Below, piece by piece: positions 12,682 through 21,800 of a DNA stretch of 40,929 nucleotides. Each line of letters begins with the position of its first letter. Within the stretch, counting starts at the first letter, position 1. The position numbers and the translations under genes were made by a program. The notes beneath the pieces are model-generated. The model had not been told where the DNA came from. It made no database searches and saw only the letters and a list, made by a program, of their open reading frames with translations. Source of the stretch: Candidatus Nanopelagicales bacterium (GTDB lineage: Bacteria; Actinomycetota; Actinomycetes; S36-B12); NCBI GenBank assembly GCA_049315365.1, contig JBMOKH010000003.1, positions 1-40,929 of the forward strand, given 5' to 3'.

Positions 12682-12690
12682 TGTGGACAA
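12682..12690 (-). promoter_or_regulatory. DnaA-type box
   Basis: TTGTCCACA on the minus strand, 7 nt upstream of the -35. Confidence 0.55.
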
Positions 12691-12807
12691 GTGACTCCCC
12701 GAGCCGACTTGGCCTGATCAATGTCCACGGGTTCGGTATGGCCGGGCTCATGGCGGGCCATACCCAACCTGAACGTGATCTAGACCACCCGACCGAAAGG
12801 CAGGCAA

Positions 12808-13398
12808 ATGCCCGTCCATGACCAGGCGTCGAGCGCCGACAAGATGCCCGAGGACCTCCTTGCGGAGGCAGCGGCAGGACTGCAATCCGACATCGATGCC
12901 GATGTGCTCGCCGAGGCGGCTGAGATCCTCACCGCCGAGCGCGTGAGCCTTTGCATCGTCGATCGGCTGTCGGCAGCGCCGAGGCCGGTCACGTTGACGC
13001 TGCGGAGCGGCTGCGTGGTGGAGGGGATGGTCCGGGAAGTCGGCGATCGCGTGGTGGTCCTCGCCGACGGGGCTGGAGCCGAGCACTGCATTGCGATCGC
13101 GGGTGTCGTCACCGCGCGAGGGCTGCCGGCCGCCCTGTCGAACGCTGACGTGTCGAACGCGGCCGAGAATGTCCACGGTGTTCATCGACGATCAGCGGTA
13201 GCCACCACGTGGGGTTCCTACCTACGAGCGTCGACGGGAGTGGAGGTCCGGATCATCCTGTTCGACGGGACTTCGCTCACCGGGCTTGCGGCCCTCGTGG
13301 GCGCTGATCACATCGACCTGCTCATGGCGGACGGTGCGGTGACGACCTGCTCGCTGGCCTGGGTCAGTCGAGTGGTTCGACTGTGGAGCCGGGGCTAA
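12808..13398 (+). CDS. Hypothetical protein with two putative Sm/SH3-like beta-barrel repeats
   Basis: SD-like GAAAGG; acidic helical N-terminus, then VTLTLRSGCVVEGMVREVGDRVVVL and VRIILFDGTSLTGLAALVGADHIDL. Confidence 0.8.
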   Translation: MPVHDQASSADKMPEDLLAEAAAGLQSDIDADVLAEAAEILTAERVSLCIVDRLSAAPRPVTLTLRSGCVVEGMVREVGDRVVVLADGAGAEHCIAIAGVVTARGLPAALSNADVSNAAENVHGVHRRSAVATTWGSYLRASTGVEVRIILFDGTSLTGLAALVGADHIDLLMADGAVTTCSLAWVSRVVRLWSRG

Positions 13399-13621
13399 CC
13401 GCGGGCTCGGAGCCAAACGGGTGGGATTCGACGAACTCGCGAGTCTGCACGTACATCCGGCTGATGTAGTTCTCGAGCTCCGCGGCCTCCACCCGCCACT
13501 GGCCCCGGCCGCCGACCTTGATGGCCGGCAGGTCACCGCTGCGAACGAGGGCGTACGCCTGGGCGGCGGAGATCTGGAGGGTTTCCGCGACGTCGGCGAG
13601 GGTGAGAAAGCGTGATGTCAC
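13364..13621 (-). CDS. Small excisionase/BldC-like (MerR-superfamily, HTH_17) DNA-binding protein
   Basis: RFLTLADVAETLQISAAQAYALVRSGDLPAIKVGGRGQWRV; start moved to GTG 13621 (GACGAT-N6-GTG). Confidence 0.9.
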   Translation of the reverse strand: MTSRFLTLADVAETLQISAAQAYALVRSGDLPAIKVGGRGQWRVEAAELENYISRMYVQTREFVESHPFGSEPAVSPGSTVEPLD

Positions 13622-13671
13622 CCGCCGATCGTCCCAAACTGGTGCTCGAGCGGGGACGCCGACCCTCGGCC

Positions 13672-13680
13672 TGTGGATAA
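13672..13680 (-). promoter_or_regulatory. DnaA box between the divergent HTH and SAF genes
   Basis: TTATCCACA on the minus strand (perfect consensus), 38 nt upstream of the HTH gene -10. Confidence 0.6.
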
Positions 13681-13751
13681 CTATTTGGCGACTGGGCCCT
13701 CGTGGGTGATCCTTGGGCTCCAATCATCGAACTGACCATCGGGGAGAGCCC

Positions 13752-14441
13752 ATGAACGTCCTCACCAGACCACGTGACAAGGCCGCGGGCCAATTGCCGC
13801 TCGCGAGCCCGCCGAGATCCGAGAGGATGCGCCAGGTCAGGTGGCGTGACACACGGCTGTGGCTCGGCCTCGGGTTCATGATCGTGGCAATGGTGTGGGG
13901 TGCGAGCCTGATGTCCGGTTCGGAATCGACGGTGACCGTCTGGCGCGCGAGCCGCGACCTGCTGCCCGGCGCTGTCCCGGTGGTGGAACCTGTTGCCGTG
14001 TCCCTTGGGGCCGCGGCTGAGAGCTACCTGACCGCTGATCGCCCGCTCGAGGGGCGCATGATCCTGCCGGTCACGGCCGGCTCGCTCGTTCCTGCCGCGG
14101 CGGTCGGTGGCGTACCCTCCCTGGGGGCGCGGAGGGTGACATTCCCGGTGGATCCGCTCCATGCGCCGGTCGACCTCGCGGCCGGTGATCGGGTTGACGT
14201 CTGGGCGACCTTGACCGACGGCGGACAGACACCCGCGGCCCCGCCGGTGCTCGTCCTTCCCCGGGTACTTGTCGTGTCGGCTGATCGCGAGTCGGTGGGC
14301 GTCGGCGGCGAGATCGCCGTGGTGGTCGAGGTGCCCGAGTCCGAGGTGAGCACCGCTGTTTCGGCGATCCGGTCCGGTGTGGTCGATCTCGCAGCGGTGC
14401 CGATCACCGAGGCTGATCCGCGTGAGGCGGCGAGCCAATGA
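13752..14441 (+). CDS. Membrane-anchored SAF / RcpC-CpaB-like protein
   Basis: WRDTRLWLG plus TM, VWRASRDLLPG (SAF-like), LAAGDRVDVW (RcpC-like); start ATG 13752 after GGGGAG. Confidence 0.75.
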   Translation: MNVLTRPRDKAAGQLPLASPPRSERMRQVRWRDTRLWLGLGFMIVAMVWGASLMSGSESTVTVWRASRDLLPGAVPVVEPVAVSLGAAAESYLTADRPLEGRMILPVTAGSLVPAAAVGGVPSLGARRVTFPVDPLHAPVDLAAGDRVDVWATLTDGGQTPAAPPVLVLPRVLVVSADRESVGVGGEIAVVVEVPESEVSTAVSAIRSGVVDLAAVPITEADPREAASQ

Positions 14442-15712
14442 TCAGCGTGATCCTCGCGGCCCCTGACCTGAGCGACGAACCGGGCCTTGTCGCGGCCGCG
14501 ACTTTGCACGACCTCATCATCTCGCGCCGTTCGCTCGATGCGGCGGACCTGCTTGCCGCGGCTGCGGCCGACACCACGATGGCTGTCGCAGTGAGTGCTG
14601 GAGTGCCGAGGCTCAGCGGGGATCTCATCGGCCGCATCATGGCCGATGAGCGCATCGTTGTCGGGATCGCGGTGAGCGACGACGATGAGCGACGCCTCAG
14701 TGCATGGAACGTGCCGAACGTCATCCGGCATCACGGCGACCCGGTTACGACGATTGCGACGATCGCAGCGCTGGTGAGCGGAGGTCCTGATCGCACGACA
14801 TCGGACTCGGCCGCGCGGATAGCGGGCGGTGCGGGAGGCCGTGACGCGAGGGGCCGTGATCAGGCGGTGCCCCCTGCGGCCCCGGACGCGGGAGCCAGGC
14901 CCGCCAGCCTCGTCGCGGTGTGGGGGCCGACGGGGGCACCCGGCCGGACGACCACGGCCCTTTCGGTCGCCGAGTCGCTCGCCGCCAACGGGCATTCGGT
15001 CTGCCTTGTCGATGCGGACACCTATGCGCCGTCACTGGTAGCCCAGGTTGGGGTCAACGCAGAGGCCAGCGGCCTGGTCGTCGCCTGCAGGCAGGCTGAC
15101 AATGGCACGCTCAATGCCCGCACTCTGGTCGCGGCCACGCGGCTTCTCTCGGACCGACTCTCCATCCTCGGCGGCCTGGTGAGGGCCGAGCGGTGGCCCG
15201 ATCTGCGAGAGGCTGCGCTGCGCACCGTGTGGATGGTGGCGCGGGAGACCTTTGATGTAGTGGTCGTCGACATCGGCTCCTGCATCGAGGAGGAGGGGGC
15301 GATCGCCCATCTCGCGGGGAGTCCGCTGCTCGCTTCGAGGCGCAATGCCGCGGCCGTCACCGCCCTCGAGGCCGCCGATCACGTGGTTGTCACCGCGAGG
15401 TCGTCGACCCTCGGCCTCACGCGGCTGCTCAACGAACTTCCGGCCGTCACCTCGGTGAATGCTGCTGCTGGCCTCACCATCGTTCTGACGGGAGCGTCCG
15501 GATTGATGGCGCCAACGTCAATCAGCGACCGACTGCTGCGCCGACTCGGGCTGAGAGCGGAGGTCGTCCGGCTGCCTCGCGATCCCGAGCGGCTCGAACG
15601 GGCGATACGCGACGGCCTCACGCCCTACGAGGCGGCGTCAAGGCGCGAGCGCCGAATGCTCAGTGCCCTAGCGAGGGGGATCGCGCCAATCCCGACAGGA
15701 TCGCGAACGTAG
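14438..15712 (+). CDS. MinD/ParA (CpaE/TadZ-like) P-loop protein with degenerate receiver-like N-terminus
   Basis: LVAVWGPTGAPGRTTTA, LVDAD, FDVVVVDIG; ATGA-coupled to the SAF gene. Confidence 0.85.
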   Translation: MISVILAAPDLSDEPGLVAAATLHDLIISRRSLDAADLLAAAAADTTMAVAVSAGVPRLSGDLIGRIMADERIVVGIAVSDDDERRLSAWNVPNVIRHHGDPVTTIATIAALVSGGPDRTTSDSAARIAGGAGGRDARGRDQAVPPAAPDAGARPASLVAVWGPTGAPGRTTTALSVAESLAANGHSVCLVDADTYAPSLVAQVGVNAEASGLVVACRQADNGTLNARTLVAATRLLSDRLSILGGLVRAERWPDLREAALRTVWMVARETFDVVVVDIGSCIEEEGAIAHLAGSPLLASRRNAAAVTALEAADHVVVTARSSTLGLTRLLNELPAVTSVNAAAGLTIVLTGASGLMAPTSISDRLLRRLGLRAEVVRLPRDPERLERAIRDGLTPYEAASRRERRMLSALARGIAPIPTGSRT

Positions 15713-15815
15713 GGGAGCGGCGCCGGCCATTCGTCTAGGGTGGCGGGGGTGAGGTCGGGAATGGGAACGGCGCTGCTGTGGCGCGCCGGGCTGAGTGCAT
15801 GAGGGAGGCGCCGGA

Positions 15816-17231
15816 ATGAACGAGAGGGTCAGTGCCCTTGACGCGTCCTTGCTCTACCTCGACCACGCCACGACGCCGATGCATGTCGGGAGCGTGGCGA
15901 TCTTCCAGACCCCGGATGAGGGCTTCGACCATGCCCAGCTCGTCGAGCTGATCTCCCAGCGGATCGCGTTCGTGCCGCGATACCGACAGCGCATTCGTCA
16001 GGTGCCGTTCGGCATCGCCCGGCCGGTCTGGGTTGACGACTCGAGCTTTGACATCACCTATCACGTGCGCCGGTCCGCGCTTCCAAGGCCAGGCTCCCGT
16101 GATCAGCTCAATGAGCTCGTCGGCAGGCTCATGGGCCGGGCGCTGGACAAGGATCGGCCGCTTTGGGAGATGTACCTCATCGAGGGGCTGGAGGACAACC
16201 GCTTCGCGCTCGTGACGAAGACGCATCAGGCCCTTGTCGACGGCCTCGCGGCAATCGACCTCATGCAGGTCATCATGGACATCGAACCGGGCCGTCGCCC
16301 GCCGACAGGGGGGAAGTGGTCGGCTCAGGCCGAGCCCTCGGCAATCGAGTTGGTGTCCTCGGCGCTCACCGAGTCAATTGTCCATCCGGCGGTTGCGCTC
16401 GAGGCCGTCAAGGCGGGTGCCTCGCAGGTGCTCGCGCTGGCCGGGGGCATCGGCGGTCGGGCGCTCGGCATCGCGACCTCGGCGCTGTCCTTGGCCACCC
16501 CCGCGACCACGACCCCCCTGAACGTCGAGATCGGTGCGAGCCGGCGGCTTGCCACGGTCGACTACGGTCTTGAGGAGTTTCGCAGGCTGCATCGGACATT
16601 GGAATGCTCAGTCAACGATGTCCTGCTCTGCACGCTCACCGGTGCCCTCAGGATCTGGCTCCTCGGCCGGGGCGCGTCGGTCTCGAGCCGGTCGCATCTG
16701 CGTGCCGTCGTGCCGTTCAGTACCGCCGATGCCGGATCCCCGGTGTCGGCGTTCCTCATTGACCTACCGACGGGCGAGCCGGATCCGATCGTCCGACTGC
16801 GCCGCATCAACTACGAGACCTCGCGGCTGAAGGATGTCGCCCAGTTGCTCGGTGCGGAGACCATCATCAACGCGGCGGGTTTTGGCCCGCCGACCCTGCA
16901 CGCCCTCGGCGCCAGGCTCGCATCCAGGCTTTCGAGCCGGGTCTACAACCTGGCCATAACGAACGTGCCGGGACCGCAGGAGCCACTCTTCCTCGCGGGA
17001 TCGCGACTCCTTGCGACCTACCCGGTGATGCCGCTCACCAAGAACCAGGCGATCAGCATCGGGGTGACCTCGTATGACGGCCGAGTCTTCGTCGCGGTGA
17101 ACGCGGACTTCGACTCGGTACCTGACCTTGCCGATCTCGTCGGCGGCCTCGATGAGGCACTGGAGGAACTGAAGCAGGCGGTGAAGGCTTCCGGGGGCCG
17201 GCGTGGGCGGTCCGCCAAGCCTGCGAAGTAG
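15816..17231 (+). CDS. Wax ester synthase/diacylglycerol acyltransferase (WS/DGAT)
   Basis: PMHVG, RPLWEMYLIEGL, THQALVDG (HHxxxDG variant), TNVPGP; start ATG 15816 after GGGAGG. Confidence 0.95.
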   Translation: MNERVSALDASLLYLDHATTPMHVGSVAIFQTPDEGFDHAQLVELISQRIAFVPRYRQRIRQVPFGIARPVWVDDSSFDITYHVRRSALPRPGSRDQLNELVGRLMGRALDKDRPLWEMYLIEGLEDNRFALVTKTHQALVDGLAAIDLMQVIMDIEPGRRPPTGGKWSAQAEPSAIELVSSALTESIVHPAVALEAVKAGASQVLALAGGIGGRALGIATSALSLATPATTTPLNVEIGASRRLATVDYGLEEFRRLHRTLECSVNDVLLCTLTGALRIWLLGRGASVSSRSHLRAVVPFSTADAGSPVSAFLIDLPTGEPDPIVRLRRINYETSRLKDVAQLLGAETIINAAGFGPPTLHALGARLASRLSSRVYNLAITNVPGPQEPLFLAGSRLLATYPVMPLTKNQAISIGVTSYDGRVFVAVNADFDSVPDLADLVGGLDEALEELKQAVKASGGRRGRSAKPAK

Positions 17232-18268
17232 TGCAGGAGTCCTCCCTCGTGCTGGATAGCCATTCGCCCGGGCCTAGGCGGGGCATCGTCCTCGGGGGAG
17301 GCGGGGTCCTCGGCGGAACCTGGGCGGTTGGCGCGCTACTCGCGCTGGAGGAGGAGTTCGGCTTCGCCGCCGGGTCAGCGGATGTCCTCGTCGGCACCTC
17401 GGCCGGCGCGGTGCTTGCGGCAATGCTCGGAGCGGGGGTCACCCCGGAGCAGTTGCGCCAGCGGTACAACGACGAAGTAGTGCAGGGCGGCCCGCTCGCC
17501 GGACTCTCGTGGAATCCGGACGCGGCGATCGGCGGTCATCGTCCGGGCCTTCCCCGAGCGCTGGCACCGGGCTCGATGAAGCTCATCGGACGGAGCCTTC
17601 GCCATCCGGCGCAGGTGCCGGGGACGGCGCTCGTGGCAGCGCTCATGCCCGAGGGTGCGAAGACGATGGCGGGGGTCGGCAGGCTCATCGACGCAGTGTC
17701 GCCGATGGGCGGGTGGTCACGGCATGGTGCGTGCTGGATCGTGGCGATGGACTACGAGACAGGTCGGCGCACCGTCTTCGGCCGATCGGGGTCTGTCGTG
17801 GCGCCGCTTGCCAGCGCTGTCATGGCATCCTGCTCCATCCCCGGCTGGTTCGCCCCCGTGGAGATCGGTGGCCGGCGGTTCATCGACGGCGGGGCGATCT
17901 CGGCGACCTCGGTCGATGTAGTGGAGCACGCTGGCCTCGATGAGGTCTACGTCATTGCCCCGATGGTCTCCTTCAAGACGGATCACCCATCATCAGCTGC
18001 GATGCGACTCGAGCGCCGGTGGCGCGAGGTGGTCACGAAGGCCTGCCTGGCTGAGGCGAAAGCTGTTGCCCGAGCCGGAGCGACCGTGCGGGTCATCGGC
18101 CCCGGACCCGAGGACCTCGAGGCCATCGGCGCGAACATGATGGATGCCTCGCAGCGTCGGGCGGTGCTCGCCACCTCGGTCGGGACGAGTTCGGCGGCAT
18201 GGCGGGCGGCCACGGTGATTACCGCGGCTGATCCCTCGGCTGATCCCGTGACCTTGATAGACCCGTGA
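17231..18268 (+). CDS. Patatin-like phospholipase
   Basis: LGGGGVLG oxyanion loop, GTSAG nucleophile, ASCSIPG, IDGG. Confidence 0.95.
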   Translation: MQESSLVLDSHSPGPRRGIVLGGGGVLGGTWAVGALLALEEEFGFAAGSADVLVGTSAGAVLAAMLGAGVTPEQLRQRYNDEVVQGGPLAGLSWNPDAAIGGHRPGLPRALAPGSMKLIGRSLRHPAQVPGTALVAALMPEGAKTMAGVGRLIDAVSPMGGWSRHGACWIVAMDYETGRRTVFGRSGSVVAPLASAVMASCSIPGWFAPVEIGGRRFIDGGAISATSVDVVEHAGLDEVYVIAPMVSFKTDHPSSAAMRLERRWREVVTKACLAEAKAVARAGATVRVIGPGPEDLEAIGANMMDASQRRAVLATSVGTSSAAWRAATVITAADPSADPVTLIDP

Positions 18269-18276
18269 GATCCGGG

Positions 18277-18777
18277 TTAGCGCTCGCCCGTGAGCCAGCC
18301 GCGTCCGATCTCCTGCTCCTTGGCGAGGTAGCGAAGGGTCTGCTCCATGGCCATCTCCTCGACCTTCCCGCCCACGAACGGAATGCTTGCCTTGTACTCA
18401 CCAAAGGTGCGGACCGTCGTGACGCTGCCGTCAGAGGTGATCGACATCGACCCGGTGAACGCAATGGGGGCGGATAATGCGGCGGTCGCGACTGCGGTGC
18501 CGGTGCCGTCAGCCTCCGGCACAGACCACTCCTGACGCTCGGTGACGGTGAGGGTCTCGCCGACGAAGGACTTCGCGTACGAGGGGACGTTGGCCGGCAT
18601 GGTGCGCGTGACGACGACGGTCGTTCCGCCGCCGGGCTCGGCAATGACCTCGGAATCGACCGTCGTAGCCCCAGTTCTCATCGCCCGCTTCGTGATGAAA
18701 TCGGCGTCGGTGATCATTGCGCGGACGGCGGACGGCTGGGCGTCGTAGGTCTGCGAGAAGTCCAATGTCGTGGCCAT
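18277..18777 (-). CDS. DUF2505 domain protein (START/SRPBCC-like)
   Basis: MATTLDFSQTYDA..., KASIPFVGGKVE motif; start moved to ATG 18777 after SD GGAGG. Confidence 0.85.
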   Translation of the reverse strand: MATTLDFSQTYDAQPSAVRAMITDADFITKRAMRTGATTVDSEVIAEPGGGTTVVVTRTMPANVPSYAKSFVGETLTVTERQEWSVPEADGTGTAVATAALSAPIAFTGSMSITSDGSVTTVRTFGEYKASIPFVGGKVEEMAMEQTLRYLAKEQEIGRGWLTGER

Positions 18778-18813
18778 GGCTACAACCTCCAAATTTTTGG
18801 CTAGCGTAGCGGT

Positions 18814-21800
18814 GTGCAGCACGTAGTGGACAACCTGATCTCGGCTCTTGACGGCGACGGGGACGAGGAGCTCCGGCTCCTCCTGCCCCGCTTCTACCGG
18901 TACGTCGCGTTCGAGGACGTCGGCTCGATGAGCGTCCCCGCGCTCATCGGTCAGGTGGCCCTCGTGTCCGATCTGGCGCGACGGCGCCTCGTTGGGGAGT
19001 CCAACGTCATGATTCAGCGTGATGACGAGGGCCTCGCGACGATAGCCGCCATCGTCACGGACGACATGCCATTCCTCGTCGACTCCGTGACAGCGGCCCT
19101 CACCGAGGAGGGGCGGGTCATCAGGCTCGTCATGCACCCGCAGCTCGTCGTCGAGCGCGATTCGGAGGGCAACCTGGTGCGCGTCCTCGACCTTGATGTC
19201 GATGACCCTCGTCCGGATGGTGCCATCGCGGAGTCGTGGATGTGCTTTCGCATGGACCGGGACTTCGCGCACGATTGCGAGCCGCGGATAGCCGAGCATG
19301 TCGTGCGGGTGCTCGATGACGTCCGCGCGACCGTCGCAGACTGGGCGCCGATGGTCGCCCAGGCCCGACGGCTTGCCCGTGAGCTCAGGGCCGGGCCCCC
19401 GGTGAGCGTGCCCGATGTCGAGGTGCGCGAGGCGGCAGACCTGCTCGAGTGGCTGTGCGACGACCACCTGACGTTCATCGGGTACCGCGAGTACCTGCTC
19501 GTCACTGGACCAGACGGCGTCGAGGCCCTGCAGGCGGTAGCTGGTTCGGGTCTGGGAATCCTCCGGGACGAGGAGGATGAGGTGGGATCGGCGGACGGTT
19601 CCCCGCGCTCATCGTCCAGTTTCGCAATACTGCCGCCGGCCGTTCGGGCCAGGGCGCGGGAGCGGAGAATCCTCGTGCTGAGCAAGGCCAACTCCCGCTC
19701 GACGGTCCACCGCCCCTCGTACCTCGACTACATCGGCGTGAAGATGTTCGATGGTGCGGGCGAGGTCATCGGCGAGCGACGGTTCCTCGGCCTGTTCACC
19801 GCGTCCGCATACAACGAGAGCGTCACCGAGATCCCGGTGCTCCGCGAACGCGTCCATCAGGTCACCGACAGCCTCGGCCTTGTGCCCGGGTCGCACAGCG
19901 CGAAGGACCTACGCCAGTTCCTGGAGACATACCCGCGGGATGAGCTGTTCCAGACCCAGGCTGACCAGCTCATCGAGGTTGCCGAGTCCGTCATGCACCT
20001 ACTCGAGCGCCGGCAGACGAAGCTCTACCTGCGGGTCGATGACTACGGCCGATTCGTCTCCTGCATCGTCTACCTGCCGCGCGACCGATACACCACGCCC
20101 GTCAGGCTTCGCGTCGAGCGGCTGCTAAGGGACGCCTTCGGTGGGGTGTCCGTCGACTACACGGCTCTCGTCACCGAGTCGGTGCTCGCTCGACTTCACT
20201 ACGTCGTGCATATCGAGCCGGCCGCGACGGTGCCCACCGTTGATCACGCTGAGCTCGAAGGCCTCCTTGCGCAGGCCACCCAGAGCTGGGAGGACCTCTT
20301 CACCGAGGCCGTGGTCGCGAGTGTCGGAGAAGCCGAGGCGCCGGCCTTCCTTGCGGAGTACGCCGCCGCCTTCCCGGAGGGCTACAAGGAGGAGTTTCGG
20401 GCCAAGGTCGCCGTCGAGGATGCCAGGACCATCGAACGACTCGAGCCGTCCGAGCTGGCCCTGGACTGGTACTCGCAGGAGGGTGACGAGCAGGATCGCA
20501 TGCGATTCAAGGTGATCCGGGTCGGGCCCGCCATGTCCCTTTCCCGGATTCTCCCGACCCTGCAGGTCATGGGGGTCGAAGTCCTCGATGAGCACCCGCA
20601 CGTGATCGAGCGGGCTGCGGGCGCTCCCGCGTGGATCCTGGACTTCGGACTTCGGCTTCCGGAGGGCGCGGTCGAGGAGCGTGACTCGCTGCCGGGCCGC
20701 GCGACCGAGGCGTTCCGTGCCGCGTGGTTCGGCGAATGCGAGACGGATCCGTTCAACGCACTGGTCGTCCGGGCCGGGCTCACCTGGCGGCAGGCCGCGC
20801 TCATCCGCGCCTACTCGCGGTACCTCAGGCAGATCGGATCCTCGTTCGGCCAGGAGTACATCCAGCGGGTCATGACCGGAAATGCAGCGATCGTGCGACT
20901 TCTCGTACGGCTCTTCGAGACGCAGTTCGACCCGAGCCTTGAGATCGACGGTTGCGGCAGCGCGGCTGGCGCAATCAGCGGGGCCGGTCGGGAGGCTGCG
21001 GCAGGGGTCATCATCGACCGGATAGAGGGCGAACTCGAGTCCGTCCTCAGCCTCGACCACGACCGCATCCTCCGGGCTTTCCTCACCGTCATCCGAGCGA
21101 CCCTGCGAACGAACTACTTCGAGCAGGGCCGCGGCCCGCGTCAAGCCCTCGCCTTCAAGGTTGATCCACGCGCGATTCCCGACATGCCGCTTCCGCGGCC
21201 GATGTTCGAGATCTGGGCCTACTCCCCGAGGGTGGAGGGCGTGCACATGCGGTTCGGCGCGGTCGCCCGGGGCGGCCTTCGGTGGAGCGATCGTCCCGAG
21301 GACTTCCGGACGGAGGTACTCGGACTCGTGAAGGCCCAGGCGGTCAAGAACGCGGTCATCGTGCCGGTCGGGGCAAAGGGAGGGTTCTTCGCGCGGAACC
21401 TTCCTGACCCCTCGGTCGATCGTGACGGGTGGCTGGCCGAAGGCAAGGCCGCGTATCGGGAATTCGTGTCCGCGCTCCTAGACGTCACCGACAACCGGGT
21501 CGCAGGGAGCATCGTGCCGCCCGCTGGCGTCGTTCGCCGTGACGGCGACGACTCCTACCTCGTCGTCGCCGCAGACAAAGGCACGGCGACCTTCTCCGAT
21601 CTCGCGAACGGCATTTCGGCCGAGTACGGGTTCTGGCTCGGGGATGCATTTGCCTCCGGCGGATCGGTGGGATACGACCACAAGGCCATGGGCATCACCG
21701 CCCGTGGAGCGTGGGAGTCGGTCAAGCGCCATTTCCGCGACCTCGGGATGGACACCCAGCGCGAGTCCTTCACCGTGGTCGGAGTCGGTGACATGAGCGG

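Noticed and set aside
13364-13621. Prophage or ICE excisionase
   Set aside because: No integrase, tRNA, att-like repeats or phage genes nearby; context is chromosomal.
12640-13680. Replication origin
   Set aside because: Too few and too scattered DnaA boxes, no dnaA/dnaN, and no extended AT-rich unwinding element.
18778-19467. Long N-terminal extension of the DUF2505 protein
   Set aside because: Antisense to gdh; the GGAGG SD supports ATG 18777.
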